From an uncultured bacterium (lineage in GTDB: Bacteria > Acidobacteriota > Aminicenantia > UBA2199), in assembly GCA_965603365.1 (NCBI GenBank), contig CBFDCR010000008.1, positions 24,531 to 88,530 of the forward strand: DNA of 64,000 nucleotides. The letters are read 5' to 3'. A model generated the notes under the pieces. It had not been told where the DNA came from. It did no database searches and was given only the letters and a program-made list of their open reading frames with translations. Position 1 is the stretch's first letter. Each line of letters starts with the position of its first letter. The translations under genes and the position numbers were made by a program. This document shows, piece by piece, positions 44,706 through 55,503 of this stretch.

Positions 44706-46367
44706 TTATTTTTCCCGGAGGGGGCGCAGCCGGTGCAGTTGGGATTCCACCCGGAAGAATTTGTACTTTTTGTATTCCACCACGGTATCGACGAGTACCG
44801 ACTTGCTGCCCTCTTCATCCACATAGGCCTCCTGGACACAGCAGCGGCTGGGGAAGCGGATGCCGTTCTTCTCATAATCGTAATCGATGGTAAACGTAAT
44901 GGCCGGGGTCTTTCCGGTGGATTCGGAAATCCGTTCCACGATATCGGTAATGCCCATGGATTTGGGGCTCCAGTCGATCCTTAAGATACTGAAATCGTCT
45001 TTCCGAATCCAGGCCCGGCCAAACAGGGCGTTTTCAGCCGCCGGCTCCAGGGGAATGCTCTCCACGATAACAACCGGTACGCCTTTGTACTCCTCTTCAG
45101 CCACGATTTTGTAATCGTGGCGGGACTGCCAGTAGATGCTGAACAGCCCGCTGGGACCAAACACCGGTTTTCCGAACCGGTAGGCGACGCTCAGCAATCT
45201 GGCGTTTTTGAGCCGGTAGGCCCGGTTGTCCCGGCGCAGCAGTATCCGGGTCTCCTTAATCCCGTCTTCATCCTGGATCAACTGGTAGTCATAACGATAG
45301 ATATGGGTCTTGAGGCCGGTTCTCCTCTTCCGGTCAAAGGCGTGCCATTTCAGCCGGCCGCCGGTCATGGAATAGTCGATGGTCTCCTCGATGTGCTCGA
45401 TGCAGACGTAATAGAGGGCGCTGCCATTCAAGGCGGTGCAGTATTGGCCGGTGTTTTTCAGGATCTTTCGGAGTTGGTCGCGGCTGGTCTTTTCCGGCGG
45501 CGACATGGGCAGCCGTTCTCTCTCCTTAATGCAGCGGAGCCGGTTGTGGCTGTATGCCTCCTTCCAGGGGTAATTAAAATGTTTTAGCAGGTATTCATAT
45601 TCGCCGATGGCCTTGATATAATTCGCCCGGGCCAGGCGCAGTTTCCCCTGCTGTTTCCATTGGTCGGCCAAAAGGCCGTATACCAGGGCCCTGTCGCCGG
45701 AGTGTCCGGCTCTCTCAAAGCAGGAGAGGGCCTTCAATATCTGTCCATCCTGGTGCAGCGCCTCGGCCAACACACGGTAACTCTCCTGCCGATCCACCCC
45801 TGTCTGCTGCCGGCAAAACTCTTCTGCCCCGGCAAAATTTCTCGCCCCAATCATTTCATTGAGTCTCCACAACTCAAGGTTTTCCTGATCCAGTTGGAAA
45901 TGACAGGCCACCGGGACCTCCCCTCGAATCCGGCCGTTGATATCTTTATAGACGAGAATTCCGAGTTCCGGGCTGTTCAGCGGCAAATTGTTTTCGAGTC
46001 GAAAGTTTTTTAAACGGTCGATCCAGTTCTTCGTAATATACTGCCGGTGCATGGCGGGCAGGGGCAGTTGGAAGGTGCCCAGATCGGCGATGATCTCCTC
46101 CTGCGTATTGTAAAGTACCAGGTGAACACCCTGCTTTATCCCGGCGCTTGCCAGAATGTCATTTACGGGAGTCAGGGCTACCTGAAAGGCCCTGGCCTTC
46201 ATCACCCGGAAGCCGGCGGACCGGGGACTGGGGAACGGGACAGGCCGGAGCGGTTCCCCGGCATCCAACTGGAAAATCAGCGCCCTTATCCCCTGGTCGG
46301 CAGAAAGGGTACATAAACAAGCCCAGGCACAGATCACGCAGATCACGATCCAACCGACTCTCTTCAT
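44706..46367 (-). CDS. Secreted hypothetical protein with TPR-like segment and C-terminal beta-rich domain
   Basis: Signal peptide; helical repeats; GRAWIRKDDFSILRI and GIRFPS motifs. Confidence 0.7.
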   Translation of the reverse strand: MKRVGWIVICVICAWACLCTLSADQGIRALIFQLDAGEPLRPVPFPSPRSAGFRVMKARAFQVALTPVNDILASAGIKQGVHLVLYNTQEEIIADLGTFQLPLPAMHRQYITKNWIDRLKNFRLENNLPLNSPELGILVYKDINGRIRGEVPVACHFQLDQENLELWRLNEMIGARNFAGAEEFCRQQTGVDRQESYRVLAEALHQDGQILKALSCFERAGHSGDRALVYGLLADQWKQQGKLRLARANYIKAIGEYEYLLKHFNYPWKEAYSHNRLRCIKERERLPMSPPEKTSRDQLRKILKNTGQYCTALNGSALYYVCIEHIEETIDYSMTGGRLKWHAFDRKRRTGLKTHIYRYDYQLIQDEDGIKETRILLRRDNRAYRLKNARLLSVAYRFGKPVFGPSGLFSIYWQSRHDYKIVAEEEYKGVPVVIVESIPLEPAAENALFGRAWIRKDDFSILRIDWSPKSMGITDIVERISESTGKTPAITFTIDYDYEKNGIRFPSRCCVQEAYVDEEGSKSVLVDTVVEYKKYKFFRVESQLHRLRPLREK

Positions 46368-47189
46368 GCCTACTCCTTATGCCCCAGTTAAAGCAACTTT
46401 AATGCCAGAATTCAGGCATGAACGGCGTCCCATATTTGTTACACGCCGACATGCCAACCAGAGCCCTACCTTCAGTATAATATATTTGAAAACTCCCCAT
46501 TATAACATACCGGTACTCACTCTTGCGATAAACAAAATTATGGAATTTGCATCTAATAACCTTGAAACGCTTCGACAACTCTCCCATCACCCCATAGATT
46601 ATTTTTTTCGCTCCATGGGGGCTTGCATTTTCAAAAAGTATTCTGTATTATTTTCAACAATTAAATGGAAGATGGCTATCGTTATACAACAATTTATTGT
46701 TTATAGCGATAGCCCCCTAAGAAAAAAACTCTGAAAGAGAATCAAGAATAGAAAAATCAACACCCGGATATCATAAAGCCTGAATTTTTACCTCTTCATT
46801 ACGAATACCTACAATTACAAAGACATACAATCCTCTGTAATTTAACACCATAACTCAACTATAAGAGGTTGGAGTTACAATTGATTTCATTTTTGGAATT
46901 ATACCACAATTACCATTCTATTTTCACTGATAGTATTGCATATAAATTGTTTTATCATGCGGTATACAGGTTATTCCCTAACTTTATTTTGTTTTAGATT
47001 TAATGATATTATTAGCCATCTATGTATCAAATTATTTTTCTAAAAAACGTAATAAAACCTTTTAAAAGTTGAAATTTAATTAGGGTCAAATTCTTTAGAA
47101 TTGAACAGCCCTGCAATATCTACAGAGTTTTGCACACCACTTTGGGCGACGTTTTACTATCCCGTGTATACTGCTTACTACCAGAACGT

Positions 47190-47762
47190 TTATCGGAGCC
47201 AGCCGGGCGGGACACCCGCTTTTCGGGCCTTGTCGGCTAAGTCGTTCAGCTCATTCTTCAATGACTGTAACCGCTGTTTGTTTTCCTCCATGGCGCTGTT
47301 CATTCGATCCAACCGCTCTTTCAACCTTGTCTTCTCCAACGGCAAATCCATGTTGAAATACTGGGTGGTCAGGCTGTTGATGGTCAGTTGGTCGATTTCG
47401 ATCTTCTGCTCCAATTCGCCAACCTGGCTGTCCAGCCGGTTTCTTAGATTTTGCCAGTATTCCTGGGTCTTCTGGACATCCTCTTCTTTCTTCCCTCTTG
47501 ATGATGCACGCTTCGATTGGCCCTCTTCTGACTCTTGCTCACTGCCGGGATTTCCCTGCATCTGGATAAAGGTGTATCTCTTCTTGGGCTTTACATCCGT
47601 GATACTCTTCTTACCTGGTTTCAATTTTGTGAGATTTAATTTCTTCCGTCGTTCCTTTTCCTTTTTTTGCAGCTCCGCCAGGTCTACGCTCTGGCCGTAA
47701 AGACCGGAAAAGCTTACGTTAAATGTAAATAATAAACAAAATAAAAGGATTATATTTTTCAT
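47190..47762 (-). CDS. Secreted/periplasmic coiled-coil hypothetical protein
   Basis: Signal peptide; charged coiled coil; C-terminal ARKAGVPPGWLR; 4-bp overlap with the OmpA gene. Confidence 0.75.
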   Translation of the reverse strand: MKNIILLFCLLFTFNVSFSGLYGQSVDLAELQKKEKERRKKLNLTKLKPGKKSITDVKPKKRYTFIQMQGNPGSEQESEEGQSKRASSRGKKEEDVQKTQEYWQNLRNRLDSQVGELEQKIEIDQLTINSLTTQYFNMDLPLEKTRLKERLDRMNSAMEENKQRLQSLKNELNDLADKARKAGVPPGWLR

Positions 47763-48994
47763 TTTCCTATAACCTGAATGCTTACCAATCGGTTCTTTCG
47801 CCTCTCCGCCTCACTGGTATTGTCAAAGGGAGCCTCCTTTTCGCCGTAATAGTAGGTTTGAAAGAATTTTTCGTCGATGCTGTATTGGCTGGAGAGAAAT
47901 TCCTTCACCATTTCCACTCGCTTCTGAGAGAGTTCCAAATTATGTTCCAGGCCGCCGATACTGCAGGTATATCCTTTCAAGATGATAATAAACTCGGATT
48001 TATCCTGAATGAAAGCATGGATTTGATCAAAATCCTGTTTGTACATTGGAGCGATGTCAAAGCTGTCAATTTCAAATAAAATATTCTTCTCCAACACCTC
48101 TTCGCCTACCTCTGCCTCTTCGGTCTTTTCCGTGGGATCCACCATCGGGATCTGGTCCTCCCGGGCAAGGAGTTCCTCGGCCTCTACGGGCAGCAGCGCA
48201 ACCCGGTCACCCAATTCAACCGGGTATGCCACCTCTAAAATTTTAACCGTGGAATTGGTGTTTTGGGGATTAACCACAATCCCCACCCCAAATATCAGGG
48301 GCGGCAGATTTTTTTTGAAGATCCGGTAAAATAGCACAAAGTCCCCTTTTTTTAATACGGCCTTTCCCAGGTCAACGGCGATGAAATCGTCGTCACCAGA
48401 GGTTTTCTTATCAATTCCGATGTACAAATCATTGTATACCACCCGGCCTTCCACTTCAGATTCCGGAAGCCCGCATTTTTTGTAATCGACTCGTTTCTTG
48501 AATACCGTCTGCTCTTTTTTGTATGGCAGCAGCATCTCGCCCAGTTGAACCGGATTGCAGCCCTGTTTTAAGGTAACGGTGGCTCTATCTTCAAAGAGAC
48601 AGGTAACCTCTGCCAGGGATTTGTTTAAATAGTAAGTCCCCAGGCTCTTAGCGGAAAAGGGATTGGGAATCTTTTTGCCTTTATGAACCACCAGGAAGAT
48701 ATCTCCCTCGCCAATACCATCCCGGGCACCTTTGTTGATATACAGCCTCTCCCCATCGCTAAATTCGGTTCTTCCCTGGTGCAAAAGCACTCGATCCTCT
48801 GCTCCCACAATGACGATCTCTTTTTTTATATTTCGTCCGATAAAGAAACTACAGTTTAAATCCGTTTCCGAAATCAAAAGTTCCTCTTCCTGGTACAAAT
48901 AAGCCTTCTTGATGTCGTATCTCTTCTGGGGCGTCTGGGAAAAAAGGTTGGCAGCCGCCGCCACAAAAATTAAAAAGACTAAAACATTTTTCAT
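47759..48994 (-). CDS. OmpA-family protein with N-terminal beta-rich (FlgT-C-like) domains
   Basis: Signal peptide from ATG 48994 (GGGAG SD); ILFEIDS, LKGYTC, NLELSQKRV, NRLVSI. Confidence 0.85.
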   Translation of the reverse strand: MKNVLVFLIFVAAAANLFSQTPQKRYDIKKAYLYQEEELLISETDLNCSFFIGRNIKKEIVIVGAEDRVLLHQGRTEFSDGERLYINKGARDGIGEGDIFLVVHKGKKIPNPFSAKSLGTYYLNKSLAEVTCLFEDRATVTLKQGCNPVQLGEMLLPYKKEQTVFKKRVDYKKCGLPESEVEGRVVYNDLYIGIDKKTSGDDDFIAVDLGKAVLKKGDFVLFYRIFKKNLPPLIFGVGIVVNPQNTNSTVKILEVAYPVELGDRVALLPVEAEELLAREDQIPMVDPTEKTEEAEVGEEVLEKNILFEIDSFDIAPMYKQDFDQIHAFIQDKSEFIIILKGYTCSIGGLEHNLELSQKRVEMVKEFLSSQYSIDEKFFQTYYYGEKEAPFDNTSEAERRKNRLVSIQVIGK

Positions 48995-49226
48995 TTTCGT
49001 CTCCCAATCATCATATTCCAATGGCATGATGTTCTTCATTACAAGACTTTAATAAACCAAAATAACGGTTTTGTCAAGTTTTTCGGGTTTTTGCCGTCAT
49101 TTTGCCGGAAAATGTTGCCCCCAGGAAGCACAGTGAAGATATTTTAGCCAAAAAAATTGACAGATCGGGGAAATTATAGTAAAAATAATGAGGCGTTGAA
49201 AGTAAAATTTGCAAAGAGGATATTTA

Positions 49227-50660
49227 ATGTCTAAACGAATTGTGGAGTACCCTGTACCGCTTGCCTACAGACAGATTCTTAAAGATAAATCCAGCGGCGA
49301 ATTGATCATCAGGGGAGAACATTTTACCAAGAATATATTTTTTATCGAAGGCAAGCTGGCCTTTGCCAGAACGACCGTTATTCAGGAAAGGTTGGGCGAG
49401 ATCTTATTTAAGCTGGGAAAAATCAATCAGGAACAATTTTTAAACATACACAAATTGTTAGAGGGCAAAAAAGAGAAATTGGGACAAATATTGATGAAGG
49501 AGAAAATATTAACCCAGAAGGATCTCTTTTTTGGACTCCTTTTCCAGATCAGGACCATTGCCCTGTCGGCATTTTCACTTACTTCCGGTGAATGGGCCTT
49601 TACCACCGGCATACCGGAGATACCGGAAGACTCAAAATTCGGTATTGAACTGCCGGGCATCATCATCGAAGGGGTGGCAAAATTGACCAACTTCGCCTAT
49701 TACAAAAACAGGTTTTATGACTTTGCCCCCCAGGTGGTGGAGATCCCCGATTCTACAGAAAATGGGCTCTCCCCGGCCGATCAAAAATTCTTAAAAGAGT
49801 TGGTGGGTTTCCACAATGTCGGCTGCCCACAAATCGTCCGGCAGTTAAATTTAGATGAGAACGTTTTCTGGAGGAAGGCGACCCTTTTCTATCTTTTAAA
49901 TATCATCGAGTGTAAGGAACTGGCAGTGGATACTGTGCTGGATAAAAATATCGAGGAGATGTTGGAGCTATACGAAAAACTGATACCCCAGAAAATGGGT
50001 CACTACGAATTATTTGGATTGGAGGAGACGGCCTCCCCGGAGGAGATCAAGGCGGTCTATTTCGATTATGCCAAGAAATTCCATCCCGACAGGATCTCCA
50101 GTGCTCCCGACCCCGACATCAAGGAAAAGGCCAATTTTGTCTTTGCCGCCATCAACAAGGCTTACGATACTCTCAGCAGCGAAGAGAAGAGGAAAGAGTA
50201 CGATGCCAAAGGGTATAAAGAGGATTCCGGCGACGACAAAATCCGGGAAAACCTGGTGGAGAAGGCACGCATCCTGTACCGTAAGGCCAAGACCCTATAC
50301 AACGAACTGCGCTACTGGGAAGCCTCCAGCCTGTTGGAGGAGGCGGTCAGGCTGGACCCCTATAAATCGAGCTATTTTTTACTGCTGGGTCTAAGCCAGA
50401 TGAATATCCCGGACCTCAAGCGGGCGGCAGAACGGAATCTTCAGAAAACCATCGAATTGGAACCGCTGAATGCCGAGCCCTATGCGGCTCTGGGCATGCT
50501 GTTTTTGTCCGAGGGTCTGAAAAACCGTGCCGAAGGGTTTTTCCGGAAGGCCCTCTCTATTGACCCTGACCATGTGCTGGCCCGGAAAAGACTTCAGGAA
50601 ATCAAAAAGGGACCCGCCAAAAAGAAGGGACTCTTTTCCTCTTTCAAAAAAAAGAAATAA
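49227..50660 (+). CDS. DUF4388-like / DnaJ-domain / TPR protein
   Basis: RLGEILFKLG N-terminus; YELFGL...KKFHPDR J-domain; C-terminal TPRs; GAGGA SD before ATG 49227. Confidence 0.85.
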   Translation: MSKRIVEYPVPLAYRQILKDKSSGELIIRGEHFTKNIFFIEGKLAFARTTVIQERLGEILFKLGKINQEQFLNIHKLLEGKKEKLGQILMKEKILTQKDLFFGLLFQIRTIALSAFSLTSGEWAFTTGIPEIPEDSKFGIELPGIIIEGVAKLTNFAYYKNRFYDFAPQVVEIPDSTENGLSPADQKFLKELVGFHNVGCPQIVRQLNLDENVFWRKATLFYLLNIIECKELAVDTVLDKNIEEMLELYEKLIPQKMGHYELFGLEETASPEEIKAVYFDYAKKFHPDRISSAPDPDIKEKANFVFAAINKAYDTLSSEEKRKEYDAKGYKEDSGDDKIRENLVEKARILYRKAKTLYNELRYWEASSLLEEAVRLDPYKSSYFLLLGLSQMNIPDLKRAAERNLQKTIELEPLNAEPYAALGMLFLSEGLKNRAEGFFRKALSIDPDHVLARKRLQEIKKGPAKKKGLFSSFKKKK

Positions 50661-50661
50661 A

Positions 50662-52320
50662 TTACGATTCTATCTTTAACTCACGGTACATGATTGTTTT
50701 GATCCTACCGACGACTTCCTGGACTTCCCTGAAGAGAGTTTGCGATTTTTGGGCCAGGTCGGCCTTAAATTCTTCGTCTTCGATGCCTTCCAGGTTGATC
50801 ATCACGTTGTAGAGGGCACCCTCGGCCGCGGCTGCTGCGGCTAAGCCGCCGACCCCGGCGTCGGACAGGGAGTTGCGATTGCCCCTATCCGCCGCCGCCA
50901 ACGCCAATTGGGCAGCCTCTCTGGTCTTTTCCAGTACCGAAAAGGGGATGAGGGTGGCCTCTTTGGTGGCCTCTTGAATTTTCTGATTGCGGATTTCCTG
51001 TTCTTCTTCGCTCTTCCTGGGCAGGGAAAAGGCAGCCATGATTTTATTAAAGGCATCGGTGTCCTTGTCGATGGCCTCCAGGAAAAAATCCTTTAAATGT
51101 TGGGCCGCCTCGGCGGTCTCGATCATCTCCTCCCGCACGTTCTTGTAGGCCTTCTTGCTGTAGGTCAGATTGCCCACCATGGCACTCAGGCCAGCCGACA
51201 GGCTGCCGTTTAGGGCGGCGACGCTGCCGCCGCCGGGGGCGGGTGAATCGGAGGCCAATTCATCGGCGAATTCCACCAGATCCATGGCAGCCAGGCGCCC
51301 TTTGGCTTTGAAGCGATACTCGATGATCTTGTGTTCGGGATTGAATTCCGAGACCTCATTTAATCCCAGGGTCTGAGCGGCCACCCGGATTAACTCCCCC
51401 TCGGATACACCGGTGGAGACACCCAGCTTTCCCAGGAAATGCCGGCCGGTCTCCAAAACCGCTTGCAAGGGGATCAAGCCCACCAGCTCGCTGCCGGTTA
51501 CCCGGGCCCCGAATTCGTTGGCAAAGCGCTCGGCCTCCTCGAATACCCGGTAAAGGGGGGTGATCTTGTAATTGAGCAGGTTAACGGAAATCTGGGCCAT
51601 GTCGTATTCGTCGATATACCAGCCCACGGCCCGAACCGCCTTCAATGTCCCGGCTACCTGCTCTTTTTCGCCGGTCTCCTTGTCTTTGACCATGCGCCCC
51701 TTCTCCCGGATCCGTTTGGCAATTTTATTGGCGATCCTGGTGCTGCGGGTATTGAGATTCACGTTGTAGGCGATCAGGAACTCCCGAGCCCCGGTGACGG
51801 TGGCGCCGGCGCCGGGATTAAAGACCGGCTCGCCGAAATTGGGTCGGTACTTTTCCTGCTTGAGTTTTTCCGGCAGCGCCTCGTACTCTCCTTCCCGGAT
51901 GTAGGCCAGGCTGCGCCGCTCTTCGCTTGAGGCCGCCTCCTCATACAGGTAAACCGGGATCTTCAATTCTTCAGCCACCCTCTGGCCCAATTTTTTGGCA
52001 ATCTCAACGCACTCCTGCATGGTCACTCCGGAGACCGGTACAAAGGGACACACATCGGTGGCCCCCATGCGGGGGTGGGCGCCGCTGTGTTTGGACATTT
52101 CAATTAATTCCGCGGCCTTTTTGATGGCCTGAAACGCCGCCTCTTCAACCCCTTCGGGGGAGCCGGCAAAGGTCACCACCGTTCGATTGGTGTCTTTGCC
52201 GGGGTCTACGTCCAAAAGCACCACATTTTCGACCTTCTCTATTTCGTCGGTAATTTTTTTTACGATGGCTAAATCTCGCCCTTCTGAAAAGTTGGGAACA
52301 CATTCGACGATTTTATTCAT
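50662..52320 (-). CDS. ftcD: Glutamate formimidoyltransferase / formiminotetrahydrofolate cyclodeaminase
   Basis: IVECVPNFSEGR, HPRMGATDVCPFVP, APGGGSVAA; ATGA overlap with the trmD stop. Confidence 0.95.
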   Translation of the reverse strand: MNKIVECVPNFSEGRDLAIVKKITDEIEKVENVVLLDVDPGKDTNRTVVTFAGSPEGVEEAAFQAIKKAAELIEMSKHSGAHPRMGATDVCPFVPVSGVTMQECVEIAKKLGQRVAEELKIPVYLYEEAASSEERRSLAYIREGEYEALPEKLKQEKYRPNFGEPVFNPGAGATVTGAREFLIAYNVNLNTRSTRIANKIAKRIREKGRMVKDKETGEKEQVAGTLKAVRAVGWYIDEYDMAQISVNLLNYKITPLYRVFEEAERFANEFGARVTGSELVGLIPLQAVLETGRHFLGKLGVSTGVSEGELIRVAAQTLGLNEVSEFNPEHKIIEYRFKAKGRLAAMDLVEFADELASDSPAPGGGSVAALNGSLSAGLSAMVGNLTYSKKAYKNVREEMIETAEAAQHLKDFFLEAIDKDTDAFNKIMAAFSLPRKSEEEQEIRNQKIQEATKEATLIPFSVLEKTREAAQLALAAADRGNRNSLSDAGVGGLAAAAAAEGALYNVMINLEGIEDEEFKADLAQKSQTLFREVQEVVGRIKTIMYRELKIES

Positions 52321-52967
52321 GCTCTTCTCCTTTTTTGATTTTTTATTCTCCATTCCGTGATTTCTTTGTGGTTTCCCGACAGCAAAACCTCCGGGACCGC
52401 TAAGCCCCTGAAATCCCGGGGCTGGGTATACTGGGGAAAGGCCAATTGATTTTCCGTATAAAAGGAGTCGGTCTGGACCGATTCGGGATTTCCCACCACC
52501 CCGTCGATAATGCGGCTTACACTCTCGATGACCGCTTCCGCCGCGACTTCGCCTCCCATCAGCACATATTCACCTAAGGAAATTTCCTCGTCCACTCGTT
52601 CCTCGATCACCCGCTGGTCCACCCCTTCATACCGTCCGCACACCAGTATTAGGTGGGAGTATGCGGCCAGTTGCCCGACCTTTTTCTGGCTGAGGGGGCG
52701 GCCGTAGGCGGAAAACAGGATGACCCGTCCAGCTTGCCGCCCTTTGACAAAATCGATGGCATTGAACAGGGGTTCCGGTTTCATGACCATTCCCGCTCCG
52801 CCGCCGAAGGGCCGGTCATCGACTTTCCGATGCTTATCCGTGGTAAATTCTCTGAGGTCATAGACATCGACCCCGATTAATTTATCTTTGGTGGCCCTGG
52901 CGATTAGGCCGAATTGAATGAAGTTACGGATCATATCGGGAAAAATCGAAATGACTGAAAACCTCAT
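52317..52967 (-). CDS. trmD: tRNA (guanine-N1)-methyltransferase
   Basis: VDDRPFGGGAGM, LVCGRYEGVDQR, GEYVLMGGE, EVLLSGNH. Confidence 0.97.
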   Translation of the reverse strand: MRFSVISIFPDMIRNFIQFGLIARATKDKLIGVDVYDLREFTTDKHRKVDDRPFGGGAGMVMKPEPLFNAIDFVKGRQAGRVILFSAYGRPLSQKKVGQLAAYSHLILVCGRYEGVDQRVIEERVDEEISLGEYVLMGGEVAAEAVIESVSRIIDGVVGNPESVQTDSFYTENQLAFPQYTQPRDFRGLAVPEVLLSGNHKEITEWRIKNQKRRRA

Positions 52968-53458
52968 CGGTTTAAGTCCCTCAAACCTTCGGGGGGATCC
53001 AGAACAATCGTTCGAGCCCCCCAGTCGATCTGCTTCACAATCTCCTCGTGAAAAGGCACATCGATCACTTCACCGTTTGCTTCCACTTCGATGAGAGGGT
53101 TCAACCCGGAGTCTTTGATACTTTTAACCGTCCCCCATAACCGGCCGTCGGTATCCTTTACGATGAAATGGACGAGAGAGTTTTCCTGCCGATCGTTGGG
53201 GGCTTCACCCTCCATGAACAAGGAGCAATCGACAATCTTATAGGCGTCGGCAATGGAGTCGAAATGACTCAATTTCAACACTATACTCCCCTTTATTTCC
53301 TTCACATATTCAACGTTTTGCCTTAAACTGTGCCTTTTTGAAGTTAGTATAATCTGCCCCCCCTCCTTAAACAGCTTCGCATCCAGCCCGGGGGATGGCA
53401 TTAAAACAACTTCCCCCTTGTTACCCCTGGTTTTTAGTACTCTTCCAAGAAAGATCAA
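52964..53458 (-). CDS. rimM: Ribosome maturation factor RimM
   Basis: GRVLKTRGNKGEV and PRC-barrel (DPPEGL); operon position. Confidence 0.9.
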   Translation of the reverse strand: MIFLGRVLKTRGNKGEVVLMPSPGLDAKLFKEGGQIILTSKRHSLRQNVEYVKEIKGSIVLKLSHFDSIADAYKIVDCSLFMEGEAPNDRQENSLVHFIVKDTDGRLWGTVKSIKDSGLNPLIEVEANGEVIDVPFHEEIVKQIDWGARTIVLDPPEGLRDLNR

Positions 53459-53464
53459 TCGTTG

Positions 53465-53707
53465 TTACTGCTCGTAACGCTCGATAATCTCCAGGTTGTA
53501 CCTTCTTCTTTGCTTCATTCCTGACGCCGCGAGAATGGTTCTGATGGCTCTGGCGGTCCTCCCCTGCTTCCCGATTACTTTACCAAGATCTGTTTGGGCT
53601 ACTCTCAATTCCAGGATTGTGGTTTGCTCTCCGTCAATCTGAGTAACCGAGACCTCATCAGGATTGTCAACCAATGACTTGCACACAGTTTCTACCAGGT
53701 CTTTCAC
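53465..53707 (-). CDS. khpA: KH-domain RNA-binding protein KhpA
   Basis: [25 protein letters not shown]. Confidence 0.92.
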   Translation of the reverse strand: MKDLVETVCKSLVDNPDEVSVTQIDGEQTTILELRVAQTDLGKVIGKQGRTARAIRTILAASGMKQRRRYNLEIIERYEQ

Positions 53708-53717
53708 GATCGCCTCC

Positions 53718-53960
53718 TTAATTATCGGGTTTAACTTTCTTTAATAACGATTTAACTGTTTGAGATGGTCTTGCTCCTTTTTTAAGCCATCCGTTGTATT
53801 TATCGATATCGATTTTTATATCCACTGGATCTACCATGGGGTTATAATATCCCAGATAATCGATATTGCGGGATTCTCTCGGTTTCTGCTTATCTATGGC
53901 CACGATTCTGTAAAATGGCCGATGTTTTGTACCTGCTCGTGTCAGTCGAATAGCAACCAT
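53718..53960 (-). CDS. rpsP: 30S ribosomal protein S16
   Basis: [10 protein letters not shown]...PFYRIV...LGYYNP...GARPSQTV. Confidence 0.97.
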   Translation of the reverse strand: MVAIRLTRAGTKHRPFYRIVAIDKQKPRESRNIDYLGYYNPMVDPVDIKIDIDKYNGWLKKGARPSQTVKSLLKKVKPDN

Positions 53961-53992
53961 TTTTGTCTGCTCCTCTTACGTAAAATGTTAAT

Positions 53993-55324
53993 TTACATCA
54001 TTTTAGGTAAAAAGTCAAATTTTTTCAACATCTTTCTAAAAAAGGGCTTTTTCATGTATTTTTTGATTTCAAAATAGTTTTTCAACAGTTGATTCACCTC
54101 CTGCACGCTGCGGCCGCTGCCTCTGGCTATCCGCAGCCGCCGCCTGCCGTTGATGATCTTCGGGTTATCCCGTTCCTTTTTGGTCATGGAGTTGATGATG
54201 GCGATTAGATATCTGACCCGGTTGTCGTCCAGATTCATATTATTCATCGGCGCGTTAAAGCCCATGTTGGGCATCATGCCCATGATTTCGCTCAATGAAC
54301 CCATCTTTTGCATCTGCCGCAGTTGCACCCCGAAGTCGTCTAAGGTAAACTCGTTGCGCAGCAGCCGCTGGGTCATGATCTCCGCCTGTTTTTCGTCAAA
54401 CTCCTTTTCCGCCTTTTCGATGAGGGTTAACACGTCCCCCATGCCTAAGATTTTGGCGGCCAGCCGGTCGGGGTAGAATTTCTGAAAATCGGCATATTTT
54501 TCCCCCACTCCGATAAAGGTGATGGGTTTGCCGGTGACACTCACGATCGACAGCGCCGCCCCGCCCCGGGCATCGGCATCCAGTTTGGTCAGGATAATTG
54601 AATTAATGCCGATCTGCTCATGAAAACTCACCGCCGAGTTGACCGCGTCCTGGCCGGTCAGGGCATCGGCCACAAATATCACCTCCGGCGGGTTCAGGCT
54701 CTTCTTCACCTGTCTCAACTCCTCCATCAACTGGTCGTCCACATGGAGCCGGCCGGCGGTATCGGCGATCACGTAATCGTAGCCGTACTCCTTCGAGGAC
54801 TTGATCAGTGCCTTCACGATTCTTTTCAGATCTTTGCCGTCGTGGCCATAATAGTGTACCCTCACCTCTCTGGCAATGGCCTCCAACTGCTCGGCTGCCG
54901 CCAGTCGCTTTAAATCCAGGGAACAGAGAACGGACGATTTGCCCTGCTCTTTGAGGTAATGGGCCAGCTTACCGGCAGTGGTGGTCTTGCCCGTGCCCTG
55001 CAGCCCCACCAGCATAATGACGGTGGGTTTGCTGGGGGCTTCGTTTAAGTCTTTGTCGGTGGAGCCCAGCATCTCTTCCAATTCGGTTTTGACGATCTTG
55101 ACCACCTGCTGGTAGGGAGTGAGACTCTCCTGCACCTCTTTGCCCAGAGCTTTTTCACGGATGTTTTCGATAAATCTCTTGACCACCTTGAAGTTGACGT
55201 CCGCTTCCAGCAGGGACAATTTGATCTCCCGCAGGGCGGTCTTCATGTTGTCTTCGGTGATCTTGGCCTCACCCTTGAGGTAGCGCATCACCTTATTGAA
55301 TTTTCCACTTAGATTCTCTAACAT
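53993..55324 (-). CDS. ffh: Signal recognition particle protein Ffh
   Basis: LLEADVN, GLQGTGKTT, DTAGR, TKLDADARGG, RIARGSG. Confidence 0.98.
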   Translation of the reverse strand: MLENLSGKFNKVMRYLKGEAKITEDNMKTALREIKLSLLEADVNFKVVKRFIENIREKALGKEVQESLTPYQQVVKIVKTELEEMLGSTDKDLNEAPSKPTVIMLVGLQGTGKTTTAGKLAHYLKEQGKSSVLCSLDLKRLAAAEQLEAIAREVRVHYYGHDGKDLKRIVKALIKSSKEYGYDYVIADTAGRLHVDDQLMEELRQVKKSLNPPEVIFVADALTGQDAVNSAVSFHEQIGINSIILTKLDADARGGAALSIVSVTGKPITFIGVGEKYADFQKFYPDRLAAKILGMGDVLTLIEKAEKEFDEKQAEIMTQRLLRNEFTLDDFGVQLRQMQKMGSLSEIMGMMPNMGFNAPMNNMNLDDNRVRYLIAIINSMTKKERDNPKIINGRRRLRIARGSGRSVQEVNQLLKNYFEIKKYMKKPFFRKMLKKFDFLPKMM

Positions 55325-55503
55325 TTTTTATCCTGGCCACATTTTATCATAAACGTTCCCCAAAGCCCAGCCCCTTTGAGCGTACCCGGGCAGTTCTTCT
55401 CTAACTCATCCCCCAACCCCTTCTGGGTGAGTTGAAAATTGTAGAAAAACTGAAGTATTTTTAAAATTAGAATTGCTTGAGCATACACGTTCGGTCTTAA
55501 AAG

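Noticed and set aside
46366-47100. 122-aa + strand ORF or ncRNA in the AT-rich gap
   Set aside because: No SD, no recognisable motif and no clear stable structure by eye.
55330-55500. SRP RNA (ffs) or tRNA near ffh
   Set aside because: No SRP helix-8 loop or tRNA T-arm/cloverleaf was found; no tRNA or rRNA was recognised anywhere in the window.
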